DNA of 64,000 nt from a virus (taxonomy: Duplodnaviria; Caudoviricetes): positions 32,001-96,000 of the IMG/VR virus record IMGVR_UViG_3300013105_000003, one strand, 5' to 3'. Each line of letters opens with the position of its first letter. Within the stretch, counting starts at the first letter, position 1. Shown piece by piece: positions 1-11,121 of the stretch. Under the pieces are notes generated by a model. It worked only from the letters and a program-made list of their open reading frames with translations, did no database searches and was not told where the DNA came from. Made by a program: the position numbers and the translations under genes.

Positions 1-2
1 AT

Positions 3-1628
3 GGTTGGGACAGCTCAGTTACTAAGGCATTCACCAAGGCCAACTACACTGTTCCAGACCTGTCTACAATTACTAAGGCACTTGATGTTTCTAAGTACCT
101 ATCTCCAGTTGTCAACATGTTCCGACACACTCAGTCACGTCTTCCCGGTAAGACCGGAATGGAACGCTACGCTACAGTAGGACCAACAAACTACAAGCAG
201 CACCCTTCACTCACTCGCGCCGTACAGAAGGTCATTGGCATTAAGGATGATGGTGTATGGGGTAGTAAGATGAGTAAGTCATACATGCAGTGGCGTGCAG
301 ACAAGGGACTACCCAGCAGATCACACGGTAGAAGTCACAACTATGTAACTACTCCTGACTGGAAGTGGCTAGCTGAAGAGCGTTACCCAAGTTCTTATGG
401 AGCTAAGAATCGTTACACAGATAAGAACTACAAGGGTGTCCGCCTAGAGGATATTGCCAATAAGTACGGCATCTCCATGTGGCAAGCTGCTGCACTGTTC
501 CAAGGTAAGAACAAGGATTACATCAGCAAGCACACTCTTAAGGCAACTAGTCACCTAGCTCAGTTTGATGCTGACCAGATGAGTGGCTCTACTTCATGGC
601 TAAATGGTAATATGATCAAGTCTTACCAAGCCATGTTCGGTGTACACCAAGACGGTACGTGGGCTACTGGTATGGCTGACTGGTCTACCTATGCAATGCG
701 TAAGCAAATGGGTAAGAAGACAGATTCTATCTTCCCTCCTTGGTGGTCACTAGACCCACTACAGAAGGCTATTGAGGACCAGAATAAGAACAACGCTGAC
801 CAGAAGGAATTCCTCAAGGATCTAGATATCCTGTCAGGGTGGGGCTTTGGTAACCTTGTAGACAAGCTGCAAAGTGATGGCCCAACAGATGGTCTACCAG
901 TAGCTAGAATTGCTGTCAAGAACCAAGCACTCGCAAAGCAATACGATGACCAGCTAAAGGAACAAGCAAGTCTTGATTCTACAGGAACCGAGGACTTTAC
1001 TAAGTTCGTTGCTACTGTAATGGCTCCCGGTGTCCAGATGGGAATTCGTAGTATTGCCCAAACTCTTGGCATTGCAGACTTCGCTGTAGTAGATATGTAT
1101 GATAAACTAATAAAGAGTGGAAGACTAAAGAAGGGTGAGCGTACTGCTCGTCTCGATAAGGAAACTACTCAGTTTAAGAGTGGTTTGTTCTACGCTGCTA
1201 CAGGTGGTCGTGTGCCAGGTACTGGGACTGGTGATACTGTTCCAGCAATGCTAACACCCGGTGAGTTTGTACTGAAGAAGGCAGCAGTTAAGGCAATCGG
1301 TATGGAGAACCTTTACAACCTCAATAACATGCAGAAGTTTGCTACTGGTGGTCAGGTTTACTCCTTTAACGATTCCAGTAGAGGATTTGGTACTAGAATG
1401 CCTGACTTCACTGGTGTTAACATCTTCTCTAAGCGTCTACTTAAGGGAGACACTACTACAAGTGATCGTAAGACCCTTGATGACGACAAGAAGGTTGTTT
1501 ACAACTACACCACTATCAATAATCCAAAGGCTGAGAAGTCTACTGCAGATATCAACAGACTACTACGTAAGAAGGCAGCCCTTGGTTTCATGGCCGTTGC
1601 CGCAGACACGACAAAGGTGAACAACTAA
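3..1628 (+). CDS. Tape measure protein, C-terminal part (5' truncated by window edge)
   Basis: Frame open from position 3. Contains GGRVPGTGTGDTVPAMLTPGEFVLKKAAV, typical of tape-measure C-termini; lies directly upstream of a Dit-like gene. Confidence 0.85.
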   Translation, partial: GWDSSVTKAFTKANYTVPDLSTITKALDVSKYLSPVVNMFRHTQSRLPGKTGMERYATVGPTNYKQHPSLTRAVQKVIGIKDDGVWGSKMSKSYMQWRADKGLPSRSHGRSHNYVTTPDWKWLAEERYPSSYGAKNRYTDKNYKGVRLEDIANKYGISMWQAAALFQGKNKDYISKHTLKATSHLAQFDADQMSGSTSWLNGNMIKSYQAMFGVHQDGTWATGMADWSTYAMRKQMGKKTDSIFPPWWSLDPLQKAIEDQNKNNADQKEFLKDLDILSGWGFGNLVDKLQSDGPTDGLPVARIAVKNQALAKQYDDQLKEQASLDSTGTEDFTKFVATVMAPGVQMGIRSIAQTLGIADFAVVDMYDKLIKSGRLKKGERTARLDKETTQFKSGLFYAATGGRVPGTGTGDTVPAMLTPGEFVLKKAAVKAIGMENLYNLNNMQKFATGGQVYSFNDSSRGFGTRMPDFTGVNIFSKRLLKGDTTTSDRKTLDDDKKVVYNYTTINNPKAEKSTADINRLLRKKAALGFMAVAADTTKVNN

Positions 1629-4285
1629 TGTGGCGTAATGAAAGAATTCTAAGAACTAACTACGCTGTTAACCCCTCCTACCGAGCTACTTCTGGCACGA
1701 CTGCGGTACGGACCAACCTCTGTACCAACCCTTCAATGGGCGCAAGTATTACAGGTCACAGTATGTGGGCTGGTACTGGTGGCACAGCAACTGTTGCGTG
1801 GAGAAATGCTTCGGACACACCACGAGGCAACACTGGCTACGGGCGGATCACTTGGACTGCTGCACCATCTTCTGGTGGAGGATACGCAAGTTCTACTGCT
1901 ATTGTTCCTGGTGGAACCACATACACATGGTCGATGTACATTCGCCCGTCAGTCACGATTGGTATGTACCCATCAGTTCAGTTTTACAATAGTAGTGGTA
2001 CTCCGACAACTAGCCCACCGGCAGGTACTGTTGTTTCTTGCCCAGCAAATCAATGGACTCGTATATCATTTACAGGAACAATGGCATCTACGGATGCACA
2101 GTATCAGTTCCGTATCTACGCTAACGGTGCAGGTATAACCTCAACTACCACCATTGACTATGATGATTGTTTGGTTGAAGCAACTGACACGTTGCAGCCA
2201 TACTTCGATGGTTCGTCAAAGTTGAATTTGTCGACAGACCCACAGTTTGCCAACTCAAATAACGGCTCGCTGCTGCTAGTGTCGTTCGACCCAAATGTTT
2301 CTCACACGGGAAATTTAGGATCAAGAAGAACTGATACTACTGGTGGAGTTTCAACTATTATTAGTACTTATGGAAACGGTGCACCAGTTACTCCAATTGT
2401 TACTCCAGGAGTATCCTACACATTTTCTTCATGGGTTCTTATAAAATCTCAGTCTGTTACAAGTGGGTATTTAAGGTTAAACTGGAGAAATTCTTCTGGA
2501 AGCGTTACATCTTCGACAACTGGAACTACTATAACTATTCAGCCTGGTTCGTCATGGGTTCAACTATCAGTTACTGGGGTAGCACCTACAGATGCTGCTT
2601 CAATGTATGTTACTTCTGCTGTTGGCAGAATTAGCGGAAATAACATACCGGGTGAAGATGTTGGCTGGATCGCTGATGCTCTGCTAGAGGCTGGTGCTAC
2701 CTCTCCTGGTCCGTTCTACCAAGGGCTGACACCTGCATGGACAGGCACAGCAAATGCTTCCACGTCTGTACTCAACGGTGCCGCCGCAGTTAACGGCTCT
2801 GCTGCGTATGCTTACTCACCATATGGTTGGACGGGGTGGGCTACTGGCAATGGGAGTTACTGTGTCTTAAACCCTAAAATGAATGCATCAGCCTCACTTT
2901 CAATATTTAGTGTAGGTGCTGCGTCTCTAAACCCACAAGCAAATGCTGGAGAGTATTGGTCCGGTCAGTTTGAAGCCCGAGTAGTGCCTGGGACTACTAA
3001 TGATCCGGTCACGATGACAGCTATGTTGTATGGCTACAACAACTCATCTTCTACAGGTAACACAACTACTTCTGTCGGCGTTGTATTACCAACTGACGGT
3101 TCGTGGCAGTCTGTATCAGCCATTGCAGGTGTTCCAATGGGTGCTGGGACTACGAACGTCAGGTGGTTGATCTATCTACCTACGACTGCTGTAAGTGGAG
3201 CTATATTTGAAGTTCGGAAAATAGTCACCGAGAAAGTAGCTGGAGCTGGAATACCGGCAGGTCCATATTTCGACGGTAACAACGTGGGCAATACAGACAT
3301 TACGTACCGTTGGACAGGTGCTGCAGACTTGTCAACCTCCCAGCAGTATATTGCCCAAGCTGCTGGACCTGTAACTGGTAATGGTACGTACTCAACAATG
3401 AATGCAGGAGAGCACTGGTTCTGTGATTACACTGACTTAACTAACTATGCTTTTGGTATTACTAAGGTTGAAAACTCTACTCCTGAGATTAGTGGAACAT
3501 TCACAAGTATTCCCCAACGAAATGGTGTAGTTGGAAGACCTAATAGAAGTTATGCAGCTGGAGAACTCTCTCTGAGCATGTGGGTAGTAGGGTGTACAGA
3601 GGGCGGCACTGTCCCAGACTACAGTACACCTATTAGACGTGCTTTGTTTGAAAGAAACCTATCAATGCTACACACTCTGCTAGGTGCTCAGAACGGCCCT
3701 GTAACGCTCATGAAGTACCGTACAGCTCCTGGTGATGGTTATACTTCACCATATGAGTCTGTGAGCACTAGAGCCTATCTAACAGGTTCTACGTCCATTG
3801 ATACTATGCTTGGTAGACAGCGTGCTGAGGTAGTATTTACATTTACACTAATTGACTCTTTCTGGACAAACATTAATCCAAACACAGCGTCAGTAACAGG
3901 CATACCAAAGCTAACAGTAAACCTAGATAAGATGGGTGACGCTCCAGTAGATGATGCCGTTATTACAATTACTGGTCCTGTTAACCTTCCTACTGTAACC
4001 TGCCCAGAGTCTGGAGTATCTTTCAGCTATAATGGTAACCTTACAACAGGTCAGACGTTGGTAGTAGATTGTAATACGTGGGATGCTAAAATTGGTTCTA
4101 CTAGTGTGGTAGCAAATATGTCACACTCAGGCCATGCACGATTTATGTATATCCCACCTCGCAGCCTTCCAACTGCTATGATGGGAGCCTTTAACTTCTA
4201 TCCAACATTGACTCTAACTGGGTCAGGTGGGACAGCAGTTACTGGTTTATCTGTTAAATATTCTACCAAATATCAGGTAGCCTAA
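1628..4285 (+). CDS. Distal tail protein (Dit) with N-terminal carbohydrate-binding-like modules
   Basis: Follows the tape measure gene. RTNxxxNPS...PYFDG CBM-like repeats; C-terminal Dit-like part (GDAPVDDAVITITGP...LVVDC). Confidence 0.75.
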   Translation: MWRNERILRTNYAVNPSYRATSGTTAVRTNLCTNPSMGASITGHSMWAGTGGTATVAWRNASDTPRGNTGYGRITWTAAPSSGGGYASSTAIVPGGTTYTWSMYIRPSVTIGMYPSVQFYNSSGTPTTSPPAGTVVSCPANQWTRISFTGTMASTDAQYQFRIYANGAGITSTTTIDYDDCLVEATDTLQPYFDGSSKLNLSTDPQFANSNNGSLLLVSFDPNVSHTGNLGSRRTDTTGGVSTIISTYGNGAPVTPIVTPGVSYTFSSWVLIKSQSVTSGYLRLNWRNSSGSVTSSTTGTTITIQPGSSWVQLSVTGVAPTDAASMYVTSAVGRISGNNIPGEDVGWIADALLEAGATSPGPFYQGLTPAWTGTANASTSVLNGAAAVNGSAAYAYSPYGWTGWATGNGSYCVLNPKMNASASLSIFSVGAASLNPQANAGEYWSGQFEARVVPGTTNDPVTMTAMLYGYNNSSSTGNTTTSVGVVLPTDGSWQSVSAIAGVPMGAGTTNVRWLIYLPTTAVSGAIFEVRKIVTEKVAGAGIPAGPYFDGNNVGNTDITYRWTGAADLSTSQQYIAQAAGPVTGNGTYSTMNAGEHWFCDYTDLTNYAFGITKVENSTPEISGTFTSIPQRNGVVGRPNRSYAAGELSLSMWVVGCTEGGTVPDYSTPIRRALFERNLSMLHTLLGAQNGPVTLMKYRTAPGDGYTSPYESVSTRAYLTGSTSIDTMLGRQRAEVVFTFTLIDSFWTNINPNTASVTGIPKLTVNLDKMGDAPVDDAVITITGPVNLPTVTCPESGVSFSYNGNLTTGQTLVVDCNTWDAKIGSTSVVANMSHSGHARFMYIPPRSLPTAMMGAFNFYPTLTLTGSGGTAVTGLSVKYSTKYQVA

Positions 4286-4288
4286 CAA

Positions 4289-4297
4289 CGATAATAT
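4289..4297 (+). promoter_or_regulatory. CGATAATAT putative phage-sigma promoter
   Basis: Intergenic copy of the recurrent 9-mer. Confidence 0.65.
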
Positions 4298-4341
4298 TAA
4301 CGACCACTACATCGGCTTGACCGGGAAGGTTTGTTTTACCT

Positions 4342-7300
4342 ATGAAGTACCTAGAGTTTTCACTTGTCGCATCCGGCAGAATCTTATTCAATGCTTTCTC
4401 TAAGCAATTTGACATTCAGGATGACTTCTCCCCCTCAACTTTGTCATTTAGTCTAGACCGTACTGATGCTGCTAACACAGACTTCTCAGGTGCTTTTGTA
4501 AAGGTAAAGGTTGACGGAGTTCAACTAAAGTCATATTACATTATTAATGGAAACTCAGTAGACTATGTAACCAGTGATGGTATACCTGCCAGGGCGTACT
4601 CAGCTTCTTCTATTCATAGTGAATTTGAAGACTCCCCAGTAGTCCCTTCCGCTTGGCCTAATCCAGTTCCATCAGGCCACGACTTCCAGAATGCCACTCC
4701 TGGAACTATTATCAAAACTCTAGTGACCAGAGTGCAGCAACTTGGATACCTTCAGAATATTGATACTTCGACTTTCACCGGAACACATGACTCTAATGGT
4801 GTGACGTGGCCTTCTATGATGGATAGAAGTTACACTACAGGTGATACAATTCTATCTGTTATCCAAGGTCTCTACACTGATGGTATGTGTGACCCCGAAA
4901 TGGATGGTTATTCTCTTAACGTATACGTTGCAGGTGGTCTAGATAAGACACTAACTCCAGATAAGGTTGTCTTTAGAGTAGGACAGAACCTTACTGAAGG
5001 CTCTACTACCACAGATGCTTCTGATTTCTACACTGATATCTTTGCTATTGGTGACGGTAGTGCAGCAGTTATGAAAACTCGACCAGCTTCTTACAACGTT
5101 CTTGGTCGTAGAAGAATGAGGTTTGCTCAGTACGCTGGTATTACTGACGTTAACCTTCTTGGTGTTCTTGCTGACCTAGAACTAGATCAGTATAATCACA
5201 TTAAGACAGAGCGTTCTTGTTCTGTCTCCCCAGACTTCTACACACCTTTTGTTGACTATAACATTCACAACTTAGTACCTTTTGATAAGGGTGACGGTTC
5301 TCTAGAGAATATTAGAATCAAGCAAATTTCTGTCACTCAGAGTGACGAGGATGGGTCTTTCTCAGTTGGTATTACTCTAGGTGATATCCTTGAAGATGCT
5401 GACCAGAAACTGAAGCGCAGACTAGACGCTATCACAGGTGCAAATGCTGGTGGTGGAGCAGTACCTAGTGATAAAACTGATGACAAGATGCCACCTGCAC
5501 CTCCTGTCTCTATTAGTTTTACAACTACACCATACCTTGACGACCAGACACGTAGAAAAGTTCTGGCTATAATTAACTGGCCCCCAGTTACAACTAATGC
5601 TGATGGTACCCCAGCAGCAGACATTGACCACTATGAAATTCAGTCGAAGGTAGGAAATGCTGCAGATTTTGGTCCCGTATCCACTGTCCCTACTGCACAA
5701 GCTGTAGTGTCTGGATATGACCCTAGTACAAAGCTACAGGTTAAAGTTAGAACTATAGACACTTCAGGACTAGCTTCAACTTGGACTACCTCTAGTGTCT
5801 ACACCATGATTGACAACACACCTTCTACCCTAAAAACTCCATCTACTCCAACAGTTACCGCCAAGTACCAAAACCTAACTATTACTTGGGATGGTAAGGA
5901 TAATCTAGGAAATTTCCCAACTTTAGATTGTGTTGCTATAGAGGTCCACTTAGCTACAAGTTCGGCTACCTTCACTCCTACCTCCGCTACCAGAATTGGT
6001 GTAATTTCCTATATCACTTCTGGTGTAGGTGGATTTACTACGGTAACTAATTTACTTCCTACCACGACTTACTATGTCCGTTTTATAGCTCTTGGTAAGA
6101 ATGGAACTGTCTCACCAGCATCTACCTCAGGAAGTGCTACTACTGAAGCACTCATCGTTGACCCAGCGGTTATTACTCAGATCAACACTGACGTAACCAA
6201 TACCAAAAATACTGTTGCTCAGAACGTCACTGACCTGAATCAAGCCAAGACTGACCTGTACAGTCCTGGTGGGACAGTTGACCTGGTGAAGACCACGCTT
6301 ACGGGTCAGATCACGTCGGGTGACACAGCTACTCTGAATGCTGCTAAGTCAGATGCTCAGGCCAAGGCAGACGCAGCGAAGCTGGCAGCAACTACCGCAG
6401 CTGCTGCCGACGCACAGACGAAAGCCAACGCGGCTCAACAAGCTGCTGTGACTGCGGCCACCACCGCAGCTGCTGCGGATGCTCAGGCCAAGGCTGATGC
6501 TGCTACCGCAGCTGCTACAGCAGCCGCCGCAGCTGATGCGAAGACTAAAGCTGACGCTGCCCAATCTGCTGCTACAGCAGCCGCTAAGACGTATGCAGAC
6601 GCTCAGGTATCCGGTGCAAGCACCACGACACTCGCTACCGCTGCTGCTGATGCTCAGGCCAAGGCAGACGCAGCGAAGCTGGCAGCAACCACCGCAGCTG
6701 CCCTGGATGCTCAGGCCAAAGCTGACGCTGCTAAGTCAGCTGCAACTACAACGGCTGCTGCTGATGCTACGACAAAAGCGAACAACGCTAAGCAAGCTGC
6801 TATTGATGCCGCCGCGCTCGACGCCACAGCGAAGGCCAATCAGGTTGCAGCAGAGGCTCAGTCTCGTGGCCCGGACCTAGTAACCAACGGTACTGGGTAC
6901 TTGGGAACGAACCGGAATTTCACATCTTCTCTAACATTTACAGCAGCTGATGCCCCTCCTGGTATGCCCGGTGCATTTATTCGTACTTCTGGCTCGTATG
7001 CTTCCATCTTCTCCGATGACTATATTCCAGTAGACCCTACTCGAAAGTATGTCCTGAGTGCATGGGCACGTGAGACAGCAAGCACCGGAGTTTCTAGGTT
7101 TTACTCTGGATTTACTGCGTATGATTCACAGAATACAGCTATTCAACCACTGCACTACTGGTACGAGCCAACCACCAGTACGACTATTGCAGCCTCCCTG
7201 AAACCTGGAGATACAACGGCTACCGTTGTCAGTGGTGCCGGGTGGGTAGCTAGTGCCTCCCAGTTCCTTCTAGCTTGGAACTACACAGATACTGCTGGTC

Positions 7301-10197
7301 GTGTATGGCCTATCGGTACCTACTCACGGTGGACTGGAAACATCGCATCAGTATCTGGGAACACCATTACGCTATCTACAGCTTGGACAGGTCCAACTCT
7401 TCCTGTAGGTCACCCTGTAGTTAACTCACACAACGGAGGAAACTATGTCTACTGTGTTGCGTCTAACGCAACAGTACCCACAGTCTGGACAAAGTTCACG
7501 TCCCCCGTCATCACTGGAACCACAGATGGCAGCAAGGGTTATGCAACTGTAAACTTTCCTCCAGGTACAGCAAAGATCAAGTTCCTATTCTTGTCTCAGT
7601 ACACAGGATCAGCTGCTGACTGTCGTCAGGCATATAGCGGAATTTCCATGTCGGAGGCAGGTGCTGCACAAGCTACTGCCGATGCTGCACAGACAACTGC
7701 GTCCGGTAAGAACACTATTTCTTGGTACACCACCGCTGCACCTGCACTGGCACCAGGCACTCAGTCTGGTGATATCTGGAACCAGTACGTCATCCGCACA
7801 GCTGCCTACATAGCAGCACAGCACCCTGAGTGGACCGCTGCACAGAAGGCCGCAGCTGCCGACAACCGTATGGCTATTCTGGCCTCTTGGCAGTCAGATG
7901 GGACTAACTGGAAATCCTCTGCACTGTCCGAGACGTATCTTCCACAGGTCAACATCGGAGTAGGTACTTACGGTGAGCTGGACGGTATCCGGCTTAAGGC
8001 AACCTCTGTCCAAGCTGACGTTGTGGTGGTGAAGGGTTCTGTTGACGATACTGTCATTAAAGATGGTGCAGTTACCACAGATAAGATATTTGCAGGTGCA
8101 GTTACTGCTGGTAAAGTAAGTGCCAATGCTATCACTGCTGACAAGATTGATGCTACTTCTTTAATTGCTAGTAATGTTAGTGCACAGAACATAGCCGCAA
8201 ACCTAGGCACGTTCATGCAGATTAAGGCCAATAATATCTTGGCTGGTAATATTAATGTGGCATTGACATTTACTGCTGGTGGTAAGGGTATCTTCGGTGA
8301 TCCAAACGGAGTTAACACCACTATTGACGGTACTGACGGGTCGGTTCGGACCAACAAACTTGACCCAGATGGAAATATTTACCCTTCTACCATGCTGGGT
8401 GGGGCTGGTAAGGACTTGCTGCAAATTGGTAATGATACTAACCCATCAGCAGCAGCGATTACATCTAACGGTGACATTACTGCAAACACTGTCGCTTCTG
8501 TAGGAGATATGAGTGTTGGTGGTATGCCCCTGATTGGTTCTAGAGTTTCTCCTGGAACGGTCATCAGGACCAACTACTTCCCCACATCACAAGATTTTGA
8601 AAACGGGATGGTGGCTCCCACCTACACCGGGAGTTGCACGGCAGCTATATCAACCGCGTTCGTGCACTCTGGCACGAGTTCTTGCGCTATCACTGCAACA
8701 GCCACCGCAACGGGCGCTCAAGCTTTCTGGACTGGTACAACCGGTACTACAATGGGCGTAAGCACGGGAGACACCGTGACGCTCTCCGCGTGGATGTACA
8801 TTCCCTCAACAGTCACCCAGAACGCCAACAACGCCATAAAGCTGACGGGTGGTGCGTTCGCTGCTACAGCGGGCGTCAACCCTAACTGGACTCTGCGAAA
8901 CCAGTGGCAGCGGGTATCTGTCACTGCTACTGTCACCACTGTCACTGGTAACATCTACCCGACTCTATGTGCGCCTGCAACTAATGGGCAAGTTATCTAC
9001 TTTGACGACGTGCAGCTAGAGGTCGGTAGCGTTGCTACTGACGCTTTCAGTGTGAATAGCCAGTCGCTCGGATACAGCTACATGTTCCTTCCCAGTACGT
9101 GGATAGCTTTGGAATATACTCCAGCGGCTCCCCTTGGGTACAGCGACACGTTGTCTTGGGGTTGTGTAGCAAGAGCACCTTTCGCTTCCATAGTCCAAGG
9201 CAAAACCATCACAGCCGGTGGAAGCATCTCCCCCATCGGGCAGTTCTCAGTGGCTCTGGACCCGTGGCGCAGCTACCAGCTGGTGATGCACTGGCGTGGC
9301 TACACAGGCACTACAGGGTCGTACAGCAACGTCACGACCCGGTTCTACATGACCAACGCGACAGACCCCAACGGTGAGGCACCCGACCCCACAACGGCAG
9401 GAGTCGCTCTAGGTCAGCAATCAGAAAACTTTGTTGGTAATACTGCCACTGGACTTGATGATCAGCTGACCATCAACTTCACAACTGACGATCCTTCTGG
9501 TGTTGGTGCGAAGGTGCAGTACAAATTCTTGCTTGGAATTTTTGCAAACGGTAACACCTTCACACCGGACACTGTAAACGTTCCTACCCAAGATAACTGG
9601 GTAGTTACTATCTTCGATACTGGTAGGGTTCCGTGGCCCTCCCCAGTCACTGTTCCTGGTGCTGGTACTAAGCGTACTTACATATCTACCTGGAATGCTG
9701 ATAACTCTAGGTCGTGGGGCGCTAACGGAAGTGTATACACAATTAGTGGTAGTACTACTGGTTACATTAGACAGGGTGTTACTAATGGTGTGCAGTACTA
9801 TGGTGCAGTCTCATTTGGTGGGAAGGCAGTCAGTGGAGAAACCACTAAGACAATTGCACAGGCTGTTCCTAGTGGTGCACTCATTCAGAAGGCCGAAGTG
9901 TTTATGCACATCAACTGGTCCGCAGATGACACTGGGCAGATCAAGATGCGCCCACTTGGTGCCAATGCTGTTCCTTCTACTATGGCAACTCCGACTGGTG
10001 CTAGTCCTGTCATTTACAACTTCAACTCACATAGTGCCGGTGCATGGATTCAAGTTCCCACGTCTTGGTTCACTACGACCAACAACGGTGTCATTATCGC
10101 TACCCCAGACTGGCTCTTCAACAACAGTCAGTTTGCTGGAGCTGCGCACCCAACAGCTTCTTGGCGACCACAGGTTAGACTCACATACACCCGATAA
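4342..10197 (+). CDS. Large minor tail protein (Tal/central fibre) with FN3-like, Ala-rich coiled-coil and CBM-like domains
   Basis: 1951 aa after Dit; FN3-like segments (YYVRFIA), Ala-rich repeats, GAVTTDKI/AITADKI repeats, CBM-like inserts. Confidence 0.8.
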   Translation: MKYLEFSLVASGRILFNAFSKQFDIQDDFSPSTLSFSLDRTDAANTDFSGAFVKVKVDGVQLKSYYIINGNSVDYVTSDGIPARAYSASSIHSEFEDSPVVPSAWPNPVPSGHDFQNATPGTIIKTLVTRVQQLGYLQNIDTSTFTGTHDSNGVTWPSMMDRSYTTGDTILSVIQGLYTDGMCDPEMDGYSLNVYVAGGLDKTLTPDKVVFRVGQNLTEGSTTTDASDFYTDIFAIGDGSAAVMKTRPASYNVLGRRRMRFAQYAGITDVNLLGVLADLELDQYNHIKTERSCSVSPDFYTPFVDYNIHNLVPFDKGDGSLENIRIKQISVTQSDEDGSFSVGITLGDILEDADQKLKRRLDAITGANAGGGAVPSDKTDDKMPPAPPVSISFTTTPYLDDQTRRKVLAIINWPPVTTNADGTPAADIDHYEIQSKVGNAADFGPVSTVPTAQAVVSGYDPSTKLQVKVRTIDTSGLASTWTTSSVYTMIDNTPSTLKTPSTPTVTAKYQNLTITWDGKDNLGNFPTLDCVAIEVHLATSSATFTPTSATRIGVISYITSGVGGFTTVTNLLPTTTYYVRFIALGKNGTVSPASTSGSATTEALIVDPAVITQINTDVTNTKNTVAQNVTDLNQAKTDLYSPGGTVDLVKTTLTGQITSGDTATLNAAKSDAQAKADAAKLAATTAAAADAQTKANAAQQAAVTAATTAAAADAQAKADAATAAATAAAAADAKTKADAAQSAATAAAKTYADAQVSGASTTTLATAAADAQAKADAAKLAATTAAALDAQAKADAAKSAATTTAAADATTKANNAKQAAIDAAALDATAKANQVAAEAQSRGPDLVTNGTGYLGTNRNFTSSLTFTAADAPPGMPGAFIRTSGSYASIFSDDYIPVDPTRKYVLSAWARETASTGVSRFYSGFTAYDSQNTAIQPLHYWYEPTTSTTIAASLKPGDTTATVVSGAGWVASASQFLLAWNYTDTAGRVWPIGTYSRWTGNIASVSGNTITLSTAWTGPTLPVGHPVVNSHNGGNYVYCVASNATVPTVWTKFTSPVITGTTDGSKGYATVNFPPGTAKIKFLFLSQYTGSAADCRQAYSGISMSEAGAAQATADAAQTTASGKNTISWYTTAAPALAPGTQSGDIWNQYVIRTAAYIAAQHPEWTAAQKAAAADNRMAILASWQSDGTNWKSSALSETYLPQVNIGVGTYGELDGIRLKATSVQADVVVVKGSVDDTVIKDGAVTTDKIFAGAVTAGKVSANAITADKIDATSLIASNVSAQNIAANLGTFMQIKANNILAGNINVALTFTAGGKGIFGDPNGVNTTIDGTDGSVRTNKLDPDGNIYPSTMLGGAGKDLLQIGNDTNPSAAAITSNGDITANTVASVGDMSVGGMPLIGSRVSPGTVIRTNYFPTSQDFENGMVAPTYTGSCTAAISTAFVHSGTSSCAITATATATGAQAFWTGTTGTTMGVSTGDTVTLSAWMYIPSTVTQNANNAIKLTGGAFAATAGVNPNWTLRNQWQRVSVTATVTTVTGNIYPTLCAPATNGQVIYFDDVQLEVGSVATDAFSVNSQSLGYSYMFLPSTWIALEYTPAAPLGYSDTLSWGCVARAPFASIVQGKTITAGGSISPIGQFSVALDPWRSYQLVMHWRGYTGTTGSYSNVTTRFYMTNATDPNGEAPDPTTAGVALGQQSENFVGNTATGLDDQLTINFTTDDPSGVGAKVQYKFLLGIFANGNTFTPDTVNVPTQDNWVVTIFDTGRVPWPSPVTVPGAGTKRTYISTWNADNSRSWGANGSVYTISGSTTGYIRQGVTNGVQYYGAVSFGGKAVSGETTKTIAQAVPSGALIQKAEVFMHINWSADDTGQIKMRPLGANAVPSTMATPTGASPVIYNFNSHSAGAWIQVPTSWFTTTNNGVIIATPDWLFNNSQFAGAAHPTASWRPQVRLTYTR
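6337..6850 (+). repeat. Coding tandem repeat, approx. 15-aa Ala-rich unit (ADAQAKADAAKLAATTAA-like)
   Basis: Repeated GATGCTCAGGCCAAGGC-type units inside the tail gene. Confidence 0.85.
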
Positions 10198-10215
10198 CAG
10201 AGAGGTAAATCTAGA

Positions 10216-10428
10216 ATGGCTGCAGACCTACCCGCAGACCCTACGAAGTTCACCAACGATGAGATGTCTGCGATGAGAGACGCAATGTCTCAAGAGACAG
10301 ACAGACGTGCTCAGCTGGCTTCCGCACCACAGACTGCCGTAACTGCGTGCTGGCAATATCAAGCTGCTGGTGGAGACCCCAACGACATACTCGAAGCTGT
10401 GCAGGATTGGATTAGTAAACGAGCATAA
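10216..10428 (+). CDS. Small tail-associated hypothetical protein
   Basis: RBS (AGAGG) and ATG directly after the fibre gene. Confidence 0.6.
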   Translation: MAADLPADPTKFTNDEMSAMRDAMSQETDRRAQLASAPQTAVTACWQYQAAGGDPNDILEAVQDWISKRA

Positions 10429-10484
10429 CGGTCTACAAACCTTAAAGTAATAGTAAAGAGTAAAACACGACACTCCCAAAACAA

Positions 10485-10493
10485 CGATAATAT
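10485..10493 (+). promoter_or_regulatory. CGATAATAT putative phage-sigma promoter
   Basis: Intergenic copy. Confidence 0.65.
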
Positions 10494-10506
10494 ATGAGTA
10501 AATCAT

Positions 10507-11121
10507 TTGTCTTTTGGGAGTGTTGTCGTGGCTAATTTGAGAAAACTTTGGGGTCGTGTCAGTCCTCACAAGCGTCTAATGAAGCTATTCGACTGGTTAG
10601 GCCCAAGAGGCACTTTACTACTTCTTTGCGGATTTATCTGGATTCAGACTGGTGTTGGTACATTACAAGGATACAGCGGTGCTCCAGATGATGCACCTCA
10701 CCTTCTAATACCAGCAACTATCAGGGGGTCTTTGTGGATCATATCTGGTATAGTAGCAATTGTTCTATGCCCTACTCGTAGTATTAAATATCACAGAGTA
10801 GCTATCACTGTCCTACCATTAATGCCACTTGTGAGATTAATCTCATACTTATTTTCTTGGATGTGTTCATGGAGTTTATTCAACTTTGCATTTCCTTCAT
10901 TTCCATTGGACGGGTCAGCTAGGGCTGAGTATCAGAGTACCTTCTGGCAAGCTGACTTACTTCTTGTAGTTGCTCTTATGCTTGCACCAGCTACATGGAA
11001 AATGATTAGTAACTACCTATCACAAGAGCAGTTGGGGGATTACGACAGGACTGTTAAAGTAGTGTCAGAGGAGAGTGAAGAAGCCTCTTCAGGGGATGAG
11101 AGAAGTGGTGAGGTCCGTTGA
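10507..11121 (+). CDS. Multi-pass membrane protein (holin-like); start may be ATG 10579
   Basis: About four hydrophobic segments; position after the tail module. Confidence 0.55.
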   Translation: MSFGSVVVANLRKLWGRVSPHKRLMKLFDWLGPRGTLLLLCGFIWIQTGVGTLQGYSGAPDDAPHLLIPATIRGSLWIISGIVAIVLCPTRSIKYHRVAITVLPLMPLVRLISYLFSWMCSWSLFNFAFPSFPLDGSARAEYQSTFWQADLLLVVALMLAPATWKMISNYLSQEQLGDYDRTVKVVSEESEEASSGDERSGEVR

